Below are positions 63,578-64,000 of a stretch of 64,000 nucleotides of DNA, piece after piece (positions within the stretch are counted from its first letter, which is position 1; every line of letters starts with the position of its first letter). A program made the translations under genes and the position numbers. The DNA is from an uncultured delta proteobacterium. Its GTDB lineage: Bacteria; Desulfobacterota; Desulfomonilia; Desulfomonilales; Desulfomonilaceae. The notes beneath the pieces were generated by a model, which was not told the origin of the DNA, ran no database searches, and saw only the letters and a list, made by a program, of their open reading frames with translations. Location: the NCBI GenBank assembly GCA_963789265.1, contig CAWBKB010000007.1, forward strand, positions 96,001 through 160,000. Reading direction: 5' to 3'.

Positions 63578-64000
63578 TCATTTACCTTCAATGGCGGATT
63601 GATCGGCCGTGGGGGACGCCATCTTGATTGTATTGCCGCCGGCCCTTTTTGCCGCGTATAAGGCCTCGTCCGCAGCCCTTACAAGGTCGTCGGCACTGGT
63701 CGCGTGGTCGGGAATACACGCAACCCCGATAGAGACATTCAGGGAGCCTGAAGGCATGACGTGCTCACATTCGAAAGTGGCTCCGCGAACTTCGTTGATA
63801 ATACGTGAGGAAAGCTCGAGAGCGTTTTCCTTGCCCGCGCCCGGAAAGACAATGACGAACTCTTCGCCTCCATATCTGGCAACAATGTCGTATCCTCGGC
63901 AGGCGCACTTGAGGAGCTGAGCTATTTGAGCCAGCGCCTCATCGCCTTTCTGGTGGCCGTTGCGGTCGTTGTAGATCTTGAAATCATCGATATCAATCAT
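63578..64000 (-). CDS. Diguanylate cyclase GGDEF domain (5' part outside the window)
   Basis: DIDDFK.YND..GH..GD, ARYGGEEF, ADEALYAAK. Confidence 0.93.
   Translation of the reverse strand: MIDIDDFKIYNDRNGHQKGDEALAQIAQLLKCACRGYDIVARYGGEEFVIVFPGAGKENALELSSRIINEVRGATFECEHVMPSGSLNVSIGVACIPDHATSADDLVRAADEALYAAKRAGGNTIKMASPTADQSAIEGK

Overview
Bacterial chromosomal window, probably from a Desulfobacterota/deltaproteobacterium-like host (inference from gene content and palindromic repeat families). 1-27.5 kb is accessory and housekeeping DNA: five type II toxin-antitoxin pairs, a SapM-like phosphatase, an orphan emfourin, a sugar ABC transporter, an ankyrin protein, an IS110/IS1111 element, qNor, an AHH nuclease toxin with its Imm11-like immunity gene, an acyl-CoA dehydrogenase and a Ser/Thr kinase-WD40 protein. 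The IS110 sits inside a palindromic repeat, and guide sequences matching that target can be read in its 3' non-coding end. 28.8-50.2 kb is a co-oriented podovirus-type virion module (portal, scaffold, capsid, lysis genes, adaptor, a giant Kelch-containing tail protein, an ejection-like protein, TerS/TerL). It has no integrase, replication or repressor gene, and host REP-like repeats fill its spacers, so it is a candidate domesticated gene-transfer-agent-like particle. 51.6-58.8 kb is a large HEPN-like gene split by a 3.7-kb IS1595 element (terminal inverted repeats plus 8-bp target duplication) carrying a restriction-modification pair and a P63C gene. The window ends with LysR, thioesterase, HMG-CoA lyase, AAA ATPase and GGDEF genes. 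Many single-base frameshifts suggest long-read consensus errors, so pseudogene calls are tentative.
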